Positions 21,184 through 31,523 of a stretch of DNA of 64,000 nt are shown here, in pieces. Position 1 is the first letter of the stretch. The number at the start of each line of letters is the position of its first letter. The notes beneath the pieces were generated by a model. The model was given only the letters and a program-made list of their open reading frames with translations. It had not been told where the DNA came from and did not search any database. Where the stretch lies: assembly GCA_963663765.2 (NCBI GenBank), contig CAXXUA010000013.1, forward strand, positions 1 to 64,000, read 5' to 3'. The position numbers and the translations under genes are program-made. This DNA comes from Candidatus Poribacteria bacterium (GTDB lineage: Bacteria > Poribacteria > WGA-4E > WGA-3G).

Positions 21184-23358
21184 TCATCTGAGAATACTAA
21201 GTTTACCGATAGTTCGATCAACAATTTCTCTTTGAGTGGCAGCAATTTGGTAAATATAGATACCTGTCGCAAGCGGTATTCCTTTAGAATTGGTGCCTTC
21301 CCAATGAAATTTCCCAGGACCATTTACTCCTTTGTGCGTTTGACTATAGACTCGTTCGCCTTTTACCGTATAAATTTCAAGAGATACAGTGTCTGCAGAT
21401 TGGGAATGGGAGAGTTGATATATGAATGTCATCTTGGAATCTGAATTTGAAAGCCGTAATGGGTTTGGATAAACACGTGTCTTAGTAAGAGCAAAGGGTT
21501 GAGGTGCAATTTGTTCAACAGAGAATTTGTATGATGCGGTGCTACTGTATGTGCCATCTGATGATACGAGTAAATACAACGTCTGTGTTTCTATCGGTTG
21601 ATATAGTATTTCATAACCCAAACCATCGTGTGCTTTTTCACCTATTGCTAAAGTCTCTCCAGTTGATGAAAGTAGAGATATAAGGTAATTCAGGTTAGGA
21701 GGAAACTCTGAAAGGGTTGCCCGTATAGTAATTCCTCCTGCAGCTTCAACTCTGTAGACGTCTTGATTATCCGCTGCATCATATATAAATGAATAGTATG
21801 GTTGACTATAAAATACGGGGAACGCTGTAGGTATTGTATTATTAGGTTCATACGTATCACCAAACGAAACCTGTATCACCATATTCATTCCTTCTGGACC
21901 TATATTCGTTATTGAAACACCGGAAGGAATACCATTATTTGAATTGCTATTAGGTAAGGTTCCTGGAGTAAAAGCGGTTTGGTCATCATTCGCTGAATAG
22001 GCTGCGCCATCGGTGATTGTTAGTATATCTATATGATTAGGGTCTTCGGGATGTATACCGAGATGGTTCGGGTCATTTGGGTCTTCAAGCCAAATTTGAT
22101 AACCGGCATCATAACTTCCTACTGGACGTACCGCTGTTTCATCAATATGCCAGATGAGGATTCCAGATTCTGGAAGGTAAGTATCAAAAGTAGCACCAGA
22201 ATCTATATATCGGTTTTCAATTAGAAAGAATTCTCTATTAGTTTCACCGTTTGGTAATTGGTTTTGGTTAATAACTGATGTAAAGTCACTTCTCGCAAGG
22301 GGAATATCAATTTTGTAGAGTACTTCAGTCTTGGGAGGTAGCTCAAAACTGGGAATGATATACTGACCACCTTTTGTGATGTTTACAGGTTCAATCCAAC
22401 CAAGTCTACCATTCTCCGGACGTGCGTCAAAATCCCATTTCAAATAACCCATGATATGACTTGGCGCAAGACCGTTGCCGACCTCCCCTTCAACTGGACC
22501 TTGGAAGGGACCGAATTGCCCCATCAACCCATACTTATGGTCACGAGCATCAGTAAAGTTCAATCCGTATACATCAGGTGCACCGAAGTCGTGGAAAAAC
22601 TCATGAAAGTATATGCCTAAATGCGGTTTCGTAAAATCGGGTTCCTCACCAACTACGACTGCAGTATCAACTTGAACACCGTCCACGGTGATATTTACAT
22701 TTGGTGTCAATATTGACCAAATATCATCGGGTTGTTTAGATGTTGCTTCATCGTTGCCAGCATGTATTAGGAAAAGATGGTCAACTATTCCATCTTTATC
22801 TCGATCGTATTTTGAAAAATCTACGGAAGCATTTATAGCGTTACAAGCTTCAGCGACGAGTTCCTGATAACGAAAAACGTTTCTTGTACCTTCACCGTAA
22901 TACTTCATAGGATGCTTTGCGCGAATCCATTCATTTCCAGATGGTAAAACACCGCCAGCAGGTCCCGGCTGAACATCCATTTGATGGTATGAGTTTTCGC
23001 GAAAATAGGTCTTTAAAGAAACACCTTTATCGGCAAATAGATATTCATTGAATTCAGCACTTGTTCGTCTTCCCGGTTGATCGCTGAAATCTATTTTAAG
23101 GGCAAGTACATATTCAACACCGTCTGGTTGTATGATACTCAATTCACGTGCATTACAACACCCATCCAATGCTTGTAAGTATTCAGAGACTCCAAGCTGA
23201 TTACTATTTCCTGATTGTGTTTTTGGACGCATCGCACCGGTATTAGTATCAATGTCAAAATAGAGATAAGGACTGGGAGGGGCAGCCTGACTCAGAGTTG
23301 TCAGCATTAGTATACAGACAAAACAGAATAGACTTTGGATTAGAGGTCTATTAGTCAA
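21184..23358 (-). CDS. Secreted M6 (immune inhibitor A) family metalloprotease with C-terminal FlgD-like domain
   Basis: DFSKYD-x-DKDGIVD, IHAG, HEFFHDFGAPDVY, FLIENR, GILIWHIDE, DTYEPNN, VYPNP...GIYIY; TTG start at 23358 is inferred. Confidence 0.88.
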   Translation of the reverse strand: MTNRPLIQSLFCFVCILMLTTLSQAAPPSPYLYFDIDTNTGAMRPKTQSGNSNQLGVSEYLQALDGCCNARELSIIQPDGVEYVLALKIDFSDQPGRRTSAEFNEYLFADKGVSLKTYFRENSYHQMDVQPGPAGGVLPSGNEWIRAKHPMKYYGEGTRNVFRYQELVAEACNAINASVDFSKYDRDKDGIVDHLFLIHAGNDEATSKQPDDIWSILTPNVNITVDGVQVDTAVVVGEEPDFTKPHLGIYFHEFFHDFGAPDVYGLNFTDARDHKYGLMGQFGPFQGPVEGEVGNGLAPSHIMGYLKWDFDARPENGRLGWIEPVNITKGGQYIIPSFELPPKTEVLYKIDIPLARSDFTSVINQNQLPNGETNREFFLIENRYIDSGATFDTYLPESGILIWHIDETAVRPVGSYDAGYQIWLEDPNDPNHLGIHPEDPNHIDILTITDGAAYSANDDQTAFTPGTLPNSNSNNGIPSGVSITNIGPEGMNMVIQVSFGDTYEPNNTIPTAFPVFYSQPYYSFIYDAADNQDVYRVEAAGGITIRATLSEFPPNLNYLISLLSSTGETLAIGEKAHDGLGYEILYQPIETQTLYLLVSSDGTYSSTASYKFSVEQIAPQPFALTKTRVYPNPLRLSNSDSKMTFIYQLSHSQSADTVSLEIYTVKGERVYSQTHKGVNGPGKFHWEGTNSKGIPLATGIYIYQIAATQREIVDRTIGKLSILR

Positions 23359-24673
23359 ATTCACCACCACATTTTCTACATAAGATATAGAAATGAATTT
23401 CATCGGAATGAGCGTGTTGCTTGATGAGATCAACTGCTTGGTCAGGTAGGTCTTCTTCACACTTATGGCACTTGTAGAGTGATCCTTCAAGTTTTGGAAA
23501 CTTCCTTACGTCTCCCCAAATATCGTTCACCCAATATTTAAATTCCCAGGGGAATTCTGCCTCTACAGCTTTTGAAATCTCAATTGCATGACCAATCAAT
23601 CTCTTACATTCTTCAAAACTTGCGGGGACATACGGATGTGGAACTGTAAGCGGAGGGATCGGTCTTCCATCCGATGCATTTTGCGGTTTGAATCTGCGAG
23701 AACGTGTAAGGAGTATTTGGTCTAACAGTGTGCCTTGTTCTCTACCTTTTGACCAAAGTCGGTAGTATCCCTTCCGTTTTATACGGAAGTATCCAGGGAT
23801 AGACTTTCCGCGCGGATGTGTTGAGGTATCCCAAATCCAACGATTCCATTTAGACTCATCACCAGGAATTGCCCATATTTTGATGGCATTTGGACCGCCT
23901 TGTTCGTCCCAAGGGTATGGTTCCGCATCATCAATACCAATCCAGTATGAATCCTGGTTTTGTGCTTTGTAAAATGTACGAATCCACACATACCATTTCC
24001 CTGTTTTTGGAATAAAGACCTCATAGATTCCTCGGGCATTTTTCGGACTATCAATTGCCTTATTATTTGATGCTTCATCGTTATTTATAATTTTTATGCC
24101 ATTATCATAATGTGATGCAGTTTCAGCTTCAATAACAAGAGTATTTCTTGGTATACGTATCAATTCATCTTTGTCATCTGCATCCTTACCATCACGCTCC
24201 TCTTCATCACTTTCCTCTTCAGGCAAAAATTGTTTAGGGACAATGAAACTGTTACCAAAACGTTGACAGGTCCGTTCTAAGTCTTTTTCTGATAAGTTCG
24301 CATCATAGAAACAGTCTCGTATACCTTTCTTCCATAGGTCCAATAAAAGGAACATTGCCTTTAGATTACCGTTAGGACGTTTGCGAGTGCCAACCACAAT
24401 CACCATACCTGTATCTTTTGAATGACTCACAAGGCACAGATGTAGTGGATATTCGGGTGGTGCATTTTTCCGACTTCGGACGATGAGCGGACTAAAGAAT
24501 TTACAGCGATGATCACATCCTGGGATTTTTGCACGTTTTGAACTACAACATTCTGGACAGATAATTGTACCGCTAAGAGCAGGACAAGAACGTTTCCCAT
24601 TATTATTACGACAAGATCGGCATCGCTGCGTTTTAGTACGTTTATGCCTAGTAGGAATTCTTTGTTGGCGCAT
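23351..24673 (-). CDS. Cys-rich hypothetical protein with an internal CBM-like jelly-roll domain
   Basis: N-terminal CxxC...CP...ICxxCC...C...C; central IEAE...G-x-WYVW-x-R...DSYW...RE-x-G-x-x-LD-x-I-x-L; C-terminal CHKC...CRKC. Confidence 0.75.
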   Translation of the reverse strand: MRQQRIPTRHKRTKTQRCRSCRNNNGKRSCPALSGTIICPECCSSKRAKIPGCDHRCKFFSPLIVRSRKNAPPEYPLHLCLVSHSKDTGMVIVVGTRKRPNGNLKAMFLLLDLWKKGIRDCFYDANLSEKDLERTCQRFGNSFIVPKQFLPEEESDEEERDGKDADDKDELIRIPRNTLVIEAETASHYDNGIKIINNDEASNNKAIDSPKNARGIYEVFIPKTGKWYVWIRTFYKAQNQDSYWIGIDDAEPYPWDEQGGPNAIKIWAIPGDESKWNRWIWDTSTHPRGKSIPGYFRIKRKGYYRLWSKGREQGTLLDQILLTRSRRFKPQNASDGRPIPPLTVPHPYVPASFEECKRLIGHAIEISKAVEAEFPWEFKYWVNDIWGDVRKFPKLEGSLYKCHKCEEDLPDQAVDLIKQHAHSDEIHFYILCRKCGGEFD

Positions 24674-24863
24674 TTTTGTTATATCGGTACTTCATTTTAT
24701 ATAAAATGAAATTTGGCAAGTACTCAGGGAAAATAAAATTGCTACAGTTCATCAACTTAGATTTTAGCTCTTACACACAATATGCTGCAATATCGTGCAT
24801 ATAGATCTCACCTGAAAAAAAATGTACATTAAAATGATGTCAATATGTCTCTATTATGCACAA

Positions 24864-27185
24864 CTATTGATTTGGACGGTTAACAAGGTCGGCAAGGTAT
24901 TCCGCAATTTTGTCTGCGACCTGTTCAGCATCAACATCAGCAAAGTTAAATAATTCTTTAAGCATCGGTGAAATCGCACCCGTATCAAGCAATGCATTTG
25001 CCAAACGTCCCATACTACTTCGGTTGATTCCGCCTTTACCATCGTTGTTACCCATATCAAGAATTTTGATGCTTTCAATTTTCTCAGTGGGACGCATCAT
25101 CTGTTCAATAATATCTGGTGCTTCATCAATCAGTTCAAGGACTGCTTCTTGGACAAGGACTCGTTGGTCGGCTGCGTTCCGTGCTTCATATTCAGCCATT
25201 TCGCCTTGTGCTTTCGCACGCGCTTCTGACAAGACAGCATCTGCAAGACGTTCAATCGGTTGAGCTTGTGCTTCTGCACCGATGATAGCAACATCGCGCT
25301 GCCATTCAGCTTCTTTAACTTGTTCAGTAGCAGTAACAAGCACTTCCGCTCCCATTCTTTCAGCTTCCGCTTCAAGTTGCTCTTTTTCGGCAAGCGCTGT
25401 AATTTGCTGTTTGTTTGCAACATCAATTTTCCTGTCTTCGTCTGTGATTGTGACCTGTAATTCTTGGTCAATTCGCGATTTTTCTACTGCAAGCATTTTG
25501 GCAATTTCTGTGAGTTCAACTTGTCTGTTTTGATTAATCTGTGCAGTCTCAACAACAAGGTTCTTTTCAATTTCGCGTTGTTGCACCTGTTGTTCTTGAG
25601 CAAACTTAGCAGTTTGAACGACCAAGTCACGTTCAACATCACGCAGTTCAACTCCCTCTTCCTGAGCGATACGCGCTTTCTCCACGAAGAGTTCTTTCTG
25701 ATATTCTCGTTCCTGTACCTGTTGTTCTTGATCAATCTTGCTAATTTCAACTGTTAACATCTTTGCAATCTCAGCAAGTTCAACTTGTCTGTTTTGGTCA
25801 ATTTGTGCGGTTTCAACGACAAGGTTCTTTTCAATTTCGCGTTGTTGTACCTGTTGTTCTTGTGCAAACTTAGCGGTTTGAACGACCAATTCACGTTCAA
25901 CATCACGCAACTGTACACCCTCTTCTTGGGTAATGCGTGCTTTTTCAACCATAAGTTCTTTTTCAATTTCGCGAACATCAATTGTTTGTTCCTGTTCAAT
26001 TTTCTCCATTTGAACAGTTAAGTGCTGTTCAATTTCAGCGAGTTGTACAACTTTGGATTGCTCAATTTGTCTTGTTTCAACAATAAGGTTTTTCTCAATT
26101 TCACGTTCTTGTACGATCTGTTCCTGTTGTACCCGGAGGACTTCTACATCTCGCAACATTTCAATTTCACGTTCTTGTATGATCTGTTCCTGTGCGATTC
26201 GTGCACGTTCAACTTCCTGTTTCATTTCGTATTCACGTTCTTGAATACTCTGATCCATTTCATACTGGAATTTTATCGTATCAGCTTCTCGGTCAGCAGC
26301 ATAAATGGCAATGTTTTTCTGTTGATCAGATTCACCCCAAGCTTCATTCTGATCTAATTCAAGTTTTTGTAGTACCGCATCAACTTCAATCTGTTTTATT
26401 GCGACCTCTTTTTCCTGTACAATACGTTCTTTTTCCCGTTCTTGCTCAGCTGTAATTTCAGTAATTTCTCTTATACCAACTGAGTCAAATCGGTTGGATG
26501 GGTCTAAGTCTTGAATTGGTGTTTGATCCACTCTGATGATAGAAACAGTATCCAGAGTTAAACCATTGTGCAGCTTTAAGTTTGCACCGCATGCGTCTAA
26601 CACATTATCAGCAAATTCAACACGTTTTTGAAGCAGGTCTTGAATTATACTATCTGCAGCAACACTTCTTAATGCACCATCCAACATCGGTTCTATGAGT
26701 TCTCGCACTGTCTCTGGTGTCATGGATTTGTCACCAAGAGCCTGCGCAGCTGTTAGAATATCAATTTCATCAGGTTCATTTGGATACACTTTCAGGTAAA
26801 AAACCACCTCAACATCCGCACGGTTGAAGTCATTAGTGATTAGGGAGTCGCTACCTTCACGTAAAACTTCAATGCGCATCGTATTGAGTGAGATCTCTTT
26901 TATTTCATGTATGATAGTGTTCACCCAGAGACCGCTGGTAGTAACAATTTTTTCTCTTGCACCACCAGTTCTGACAAGTGCTACATCAGCTTTCGGTATT
27001 CTATAGCGAATAACAGAACCGACAAAAGCAGCTAAACCACAGAAGAATACTACTCCAATTACACCCATCCATCGAAGCACGTTAGTTTGGTTAGCTGGAT
27101 CGTCCTGAATCAGATATCTATATGCAAAGAAACCGATTACACTGACGACAAAGATTAAAAAGATTACTGCAAAAATGAGACGCAT
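24864..27185 (-). CDS. SPFH/flotillin-family membrane protein with a very long repetitive coiled coil
   Basis: Two N-terminal TMs; ALVRTG, ISLNTMR, RADVEVVFY, AAQALG, LDGALRSVAA; C-terminal P-x-EKIESIKI. Confidence 0.9.
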   Translation of the reverse strand: MRLIFAVIFLIFVVSVIGFFAYRYLIQDDPANQTNVLRWMGVIGVVFFCGLAAFVGSVIRYRIPKADVALVRTGGAREKIVTTSGLWVNTIIHEIKEISLNTMRIEVLREGSDSLITNDFNRADVEVVFYLKVYPNEPDEIDILTAAQALGDKSMTPETVRELIEPMLDGALRSVAADSIIQDLLQKRVEFADNVLDACGANLKLHNGLTLDTVSIIRVDQTPIQDLDPSNRFDSVGIREITEITAEQEREKERIVQEKEVAIKQIEVDAVLQKLELDQNEAWGESDQQKNIAIYAADREADTIKFQYEMDQSIQEREYEMKQEVERARIAQEQIIQEREIEMLRDVEVLRVQQEQIVQEREIEKNLIVETRQIEQSKVVQLAEIEQHLTVQMEKIEQEQTIDVREIEKELMVEKARITQEEGVQLRDVERELVVQTAKFAQEQQVQQREIEKNLVVETAQIDQNRQVELAEIAKMLTVEISKIDQEQQVQEREYQKELFVEKARIAQEEGVELRDVERDLVVQTAKFAQEQQVQQREIEKNLVVETAQINQNRQVELTEIAKMLAVEKSRIDQELQVTITDEDRKIDVANKQQITALAEKEQLEAEAERMGAEVLVTATEQVKEAEWQRDVAIIGAEAQAQPIERLADAVLSEARAKAQGEMAEYEARNAADQRVLVQEAVLELIDEAPDIIEQMMRPTEKIESIKILDMGNNDGKGGINRSSMGRLANALLDTGAISPMLKELFNFADVDAEQVADKIAEYLADLVNRPNQ

Positions 27186-27234
27186 TTATTTCTCCTCTGG
27201 TAATATTTCACTTTCAGATACAGATTCTCTTGAA

Positions 27235-28659
27235 TTATTTTTTTACTTGAAACATGATTTCACTGTTTTGGTTTGCAGCGTGCCTTCCCTTTAGGGGTTG
27301 ACGTGGAGATGTCTGCCACGCAAGGTTTGCTAAATAACAGAGTATGTTTTCAATTAAAGGTTTAGCGATAGCAGTCTTATGCGCATCACGGGTATCAATT
27401 GCAAAACCCACATAATAACCTTCACCCCAAGGCAACAAAATACTGACGGCATCCTTATTATCTTCTCTTATGGCAAGTTTGTGGTAACTTGGATCATTCG
27501 TAACCCAATGGTCATCCGTTATTAAGGAATCTACATTGATTTTATGTGGCCATGTAAACATCCCAGTTTTTTCTCCGTCTTCTGTAATTTCTACATTTGA
27601 ATCACTGGAATTGGTAACCTTTATTGGATGGCGGTGCACTGGGAGCCAATCACCACGCCATTCGGGTTCAGTTGCATGCACACCATCGGGTTTCACAATA
27701 TTGTTGTCCATCGCCGATGCCCAGACGATACCACCCTTTCTAACGAATTCTCTTATTTCCTCATCAGCATCATCAAGGAAGTATTCACCATCATGTCCCG
27801 GTGCATTCCAAGTGAACCAAATGATGTCGTATTCAGATAGAAGTAAAGTTGACAGTCTTATAGCGTTGTTGGCATCGCCACGGTTATCAGGATTGTCATT
27901 AATATTCACAGTTGTATATTCAAAAACTAAACCTTCAAGCATCGTGAGTGACTCTAATACGGCAGGTTCACCCGTAAGGTTATCCCCTACAACAATCAAC
28001 ACCCTGAATACGCCTAATGGGACAATCTTTATAGATGAGATAATGTCTGAAAATGATTGTGAGTTTGGAAGTGCGCGCATATTCCTGATGGACTGTTGGA
28101 ATTGGCGCGAGTTAAGACCTAAATTAATTCTACGACCCTCAAAATTCACATGTTCGTATAAGAAAATATGACATCCACTAAAAGGAAAATTCGGACCACG
28201 TTGAATACGGATGGAAGAAATTGCATCATTCATACCAATTTCAAACATTGAACTCACATCTCGAAGGATCACGCTTTGCTGTCCACTGAAATCTATTTCG
28301 CGAAAAACTTCTATGATGATAGGCACTGAACCATACTCAGGTGGAGTCGAGTGCGCAGCAGGACTAAAACTTATTGATGTGATGGCATCACCAAAATTGT
28401 AAGGTATTTCATGAATATTCGGATAGAATCCAGGTGCTAAAACCAGTCTTCTACCACGAAAATTGTGGTGTTCATGAAAAATTGCTTTGTAGTTTGGTGC
28501 CGCAGTGAAACTGGGCCCCTTATATATCTTTACGGAAGATATAACGTCCTGTGCACCAATTTCGGTAGTATTCGGAATGGAATCTATAAGGGTTATTTTG
28601 CGTCCATGATAGTTGACATGTTCAAAGACTTCAACAACCAATCTTGGCCTACTCGCCAT
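27235..28659 (-). CDS. Beta/gamma-crystallin (Protein S-like) domain protein with a C-terminal alpha/beta domain
   Basis: Four Greek-key motifs: FEHVNYHG..DVISSVK, HEHHNFRG..DAITSI, FREIDFSG..NDAISSIR, YEHVNFEG..DIISSIK. Confidence 0.85.
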   Translation of the reverse strand: MASRPRLVVEVFEHVNYHGRKITLIDSIPNTTEIGAQDVISSVKIYKGPSFTAAPNYKAIFHEHHNFRGRRLVLAPGFYPNIHEIPYNFGDAITSISFSPAAHSTPPEYGSVPIIIEVFREIDFSGQQSVILRDVSSMFEIGMNDAISSIRIQRGPNFPFSGCHIFLYEHVNFEGRRINLGLNSRQFQQSIRNMRALPNSQSFSDIISSIKIVPLGVFRVLIVVGDNLTGEPAVLESLTMLEGLVFEYTTVNINDNPDNRGDANNAIRLSTLLLSEYDIIWFTWNAPGHDGEYFLDDADEEIREFVRKGGIVWASAMDNNIVKPDGVHATEPEWRGDWLPVHRHPIKVTNSSDSNVEITEDGEKTGMFTWPHKINVDSLITDDHWVTNDPSYHKLAIREDNKDAVSILLPWGEGYYVGFAIDTRDAHKTAIAKPLIENILCYLANLAWQTSPRQPLKGRHAANQNSEIMFQVKK

Positions 28660-28712
28660 TTTAATATCCTTTGCCGTAGGTCATAATATTTTACTTCCGA
28701 TGTTAATAATTT

Positions 28713-28741
28713 ATTATATCATTCATTTTTTGATTTGTCAA
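28713..28741 (-). promoter_or_regulatory. Perfect-consensus sigma70 promoter for the crystallin/flotillin operon
   Basis: Minus strand TTGACA (28741-28736), 17 bp spacer, TG-A-TATAAT (28718-28713). Confidence 0.8.
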
Positions 28742-29082
28742 GGGAAATGAAAAACACATCTTCATTTTGGGTGTTTAAAGTTAAATTTAAAGCATCTTGT
28801 TGTTCTTTTTTTGCGTTGTTTTAACCAAATTTTGCATGTATAGTAGACTTTAAGAATAAATAGAACATTATGATCGGTCTGCTAAACGCATAAATCAAAG
28901 TGTTCAGGTAATCCTAAAACCTACTATAATTCATTATACTACCGAAAACATATTGTCTAATTAACGCATAGTCTATGCAATGCAATTTATGGTGGAACTC
29001 TTATCCGCGAAAACCGAGAAATCCGCGTAATCTGTGAAATCCGCAATTCTGTAAACCAAGAACTTTACAGACCATCAGTCCA

Positions 29083-29204
29083 TAGGGTTATTCAGTTTTA
29101 ACCATTTTTCACATTTTTGTGAGAAAATCGCGACCGGGAGGTCGCTCCTACCGGGGGGTTTCTTTTTTGAAAAATCCAAAAATATTGAAAACTGAATATC
29201 CTTG
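29083..29204. mobile_element. ISAs1-like MITE carrying one REP
   Basis: tagggttattcagtttt / aaaactgaatatccttg TIRs; flanks atcagtcca / accagtcca. Confidence 0.65.
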
Positions 29205-29331
29205 ACCAGTCCAATTTTACACTTGACATCTAAGAAAGAATATGATAATTTTTCATACTTGCAGATAATAAAAAAATGAAAAATCACCCTACCTAATTAA
29301 CAATCTGTTCAGAATCACTGGAATTAGACCG

Positions 29332-30204
29332 ATGTCCATGAAAAAAATATTGCTCTTATTTACCTTGTTTTGTGTCTGCGCTTTCTTAGTCTATTTTCTC
29401 ATACAAATAGAGGAATCTGAACAGAAAAAACGAGCATTAAATACTCCCGTTGAACTGCCTTACACATGGGAAGGTAATATAAATAAAGCAGAAATTGCTG
29501 AACCATCTGGTATTACGTTTCATCAAAAACGGAAAACATTGTTCGTTGTAGATGATGGTGGATTTATATATGAAATCCGTACAGATGGCTCAAGTATTCA
29601 GTCAAAGAATCTCCAAGAACGTGACCTTGAAGGTGTAACAACAAATCCGACAACAGGAATATTGTACGCAGTGGTTGAAGATAATGAATCTATTTTGGAA
29701 ATTAACCCTGAAACACTCACTATAGATAGGGAATTTACTATCAACCGAACATTTGAGGATAAAACACTATTGATAGAAGGTGGGATGGGTGTAGAGGGGA
29801 TTGTATTTGTCCCTGATTCTTCACATAAGGAGGGAGGAACTTTTTGGATTGGAAATCAATCCGATAGTTTGAAACCAGATGATGAACCTTCCATCGTGTG
29901 TGAAGTTGTGGCACCATTGAACTCTTCTAAAGCGAAGGTCTCTGAAGCCTTCATTGCCAAATATATTCAGATGGATTTCGTTGATATTTCCGGACTTTCT
30001 TATGATGCTCAATCGGATTATCTCATGGTTATCAGTGATACGACAAACCTGCTGGTTGAAATGAAACGCAATGGAAACCAATTTCATCATTACATGTTAC
30101 CGGGTAATGATCAAGAAGGCGTAACTTTAGATGGTCTTGGATATATGTATATTGCACAGGAAAGTGGACAGATAATTAAGTTTGCAGATAAGCGATTACG
30201 TTAG
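29332..30204 (+). CDS. SdiA-regulated/YjiK-like beta-propeller protein
   Basis: N-terminal TM; EPSGIT, DLEGVT, VEGI, DISGL, QEGVTLD repeats. Confidence 0.8.
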   Translation: MSMKKILLLFTLFCVCAFLVYFLIQIEESEQKKRALNTPVELPYTWEGNINKAEIAEPSGITFHQKRKTLFVVDDGGFIYEIRTDGSSIQSKNLQERDLEGVTTNPTTGILYAVVEDNESILEINPETLTIDREFTINRTFEDKTLLIEGGMGVEGIVFVPDSSHKEGGTFWIGNQSDSLKPDDEPSIVCEVVAPLNSSKAKVSEAFIAKYIQMDFVDISGLSYDAQSDYLMVISDTTNLLVEMKRNGNQFHHYMLPGNDQEGVTLDGLGYMYIAQESGQIIKFADKRLR

Positions 30205-30220
30205 TAATGTTGAGATTTAC

Positions 30221-30424
30221 TCAATCAGATTCAAGGAGACGTATCAGAACCACACCCGGCATGAGATCTAATACAAGATTGATTGACGAATACTGTTCTG
30301 CTGTCCAACCTATATCTTTACGCCACATTACCTGTACATTACCCTCATCATAGATTATACCAGATGCCAGTTTATTACCCTTATCATCTTCTAGCTGAAA
30401 ACATCTACGGCGTTTCGTGTCCAT
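30221..30424 (-). CDS. Small hypothetical protein
   Basis: 67-aa ORF that fills the intergenic space and has globular-looking composition. Confidence 0.55.
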   Translation of the reverse strand: MDTKRRRCFQLEDDKGNKLASGIIYDEGNVQVMWRKDIGWTAEQYSSINLVLDLMPGVVLIRLLESD

Positions 30425-30571
30425 ATCTGGACCTTTTTGTTAAACCTTCTTGTAGGAGAGGTTTGTAACCCCGATTTAAAACAAAAACATCAAAATTAGT
30501 TAATCATCATTTTTTCCGTAATAAAAATGTATCTAACTGCTCAAAATATTGTAAGTGGCAACTGGGTTATC

Positions 30572-31408
30572 TTAGATGTTAACAAAATCCGCTTCTACTC
30601 TGTGTGGAATAATACCCGCTTCATGCCCTCGACGGAGCAGTTCATGAACAGCCTTTCTACCGTTTTCTCCATAATCAAGAGTATAATCATTTACATACAT
30701 ACCAACGAATTTGTCTGCAAGATCTGTTTCCATGTCACGTGCATACGTCATAGCATATTCAAGTCCACGGTCACGATATTCAAGCGAGTACTGTATACTC
30801 TGTTTTAGTAACTTTGTGAGAGACTTTATTTTTTCTGCACCAAGATTGCGACGGATCACATTAGCCCCCAGTGGTAACGGCAGTCCAGTCTGTTCATGCC
30901 ACCATTCCCCTAAATCAACAATTTTGTGTAGTCCTTCGCGAGCATAAGTAAGTTGTCCTTCATGAATGATGAGTCCTGCGTCAACTTTGCCGTTCTGCAC
31001 TACTTGAATTATCTCATCAAATGGATGTGTTTCTATCTTTACATCAGGTTGATAAAGTTTCATCGTCAAATAGGCAGTCGTCATTTCACCCGGAATAGCA
31101 ATGCGTTTGCCCTTAATTGATTTCATCGGTTCTTTAGATACAATCAGTGGTCCGTAATTATCTCCAATGCTGGCACCACATGGCATTAGGGTATAATCTT
31201 TTGCAACATAAGCATAAGCATGAACAGATATTGCTGTAACTTCTAACTCGGCTGCTAACGCACGTTTATTCAAGGTTTCAATGTCTTCTATTACATGGAC
31301 AATTTCATAAGGTCCGGTCGGTATCAGCCCTTTTGCAAGCGCATAGAACATGAAAGCATCATCAGAATCGGGACTATGACCGATCCTAATTTTCTCTGTT
31401 TCTGACAT
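30572..31408 (-). CDS. mqnD: 1,4-dihydroxy-6-naphthoate synthase (futalosine pathway)
   Basis: GHSPDSDDAFMFYAL, DIETLN, AIPGEMTTA, IIHEGQLTY, LPLPLG, MYVN. Confidence 0.92.
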   Translation of the reverse strand: MSETEKIRIGHSPDSDDAFMFYALAKGLIPTGPYEIVHVIEDIETLNKRALAAELEVTAISVHAYAYVAKDYTLMPCGASIGDNYGPLIVSKEPMKSIKGKRIAIPGEMTTAYLTMKLYQPDVKIETHPFDEIIQVVQNGKVDAGLIIHEGQLTYAREGLHKIVDLGEWWHEQTGLPLPLGANVIRRNLGAEKIKSLTKLLKQSIQYSLEYRDRGLEYAMTYARDMETDLADKFVGMYVNDYTLDYGENGRKAVHELLRRGHEAGIIPHRVEADFVNI

Positions 31409-31523
31409 CAGGTGTCCTTTCTAACATTGTTATTTTCAAAAGTTTATGTTATTATGGTGATTCAACATACCTATTCTTCGTAGTTGGATAATAGATTCAT
31501 GATCAAAAAAGTTTCTGCTTATT

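Noticed and set aside
23359-23490. N-terminal extension of the M6 protease as given in the ORF track
   Set aside because: It would overlap the upstream gene by 140 bp; the signal peptide fits a TTG start at 23358.
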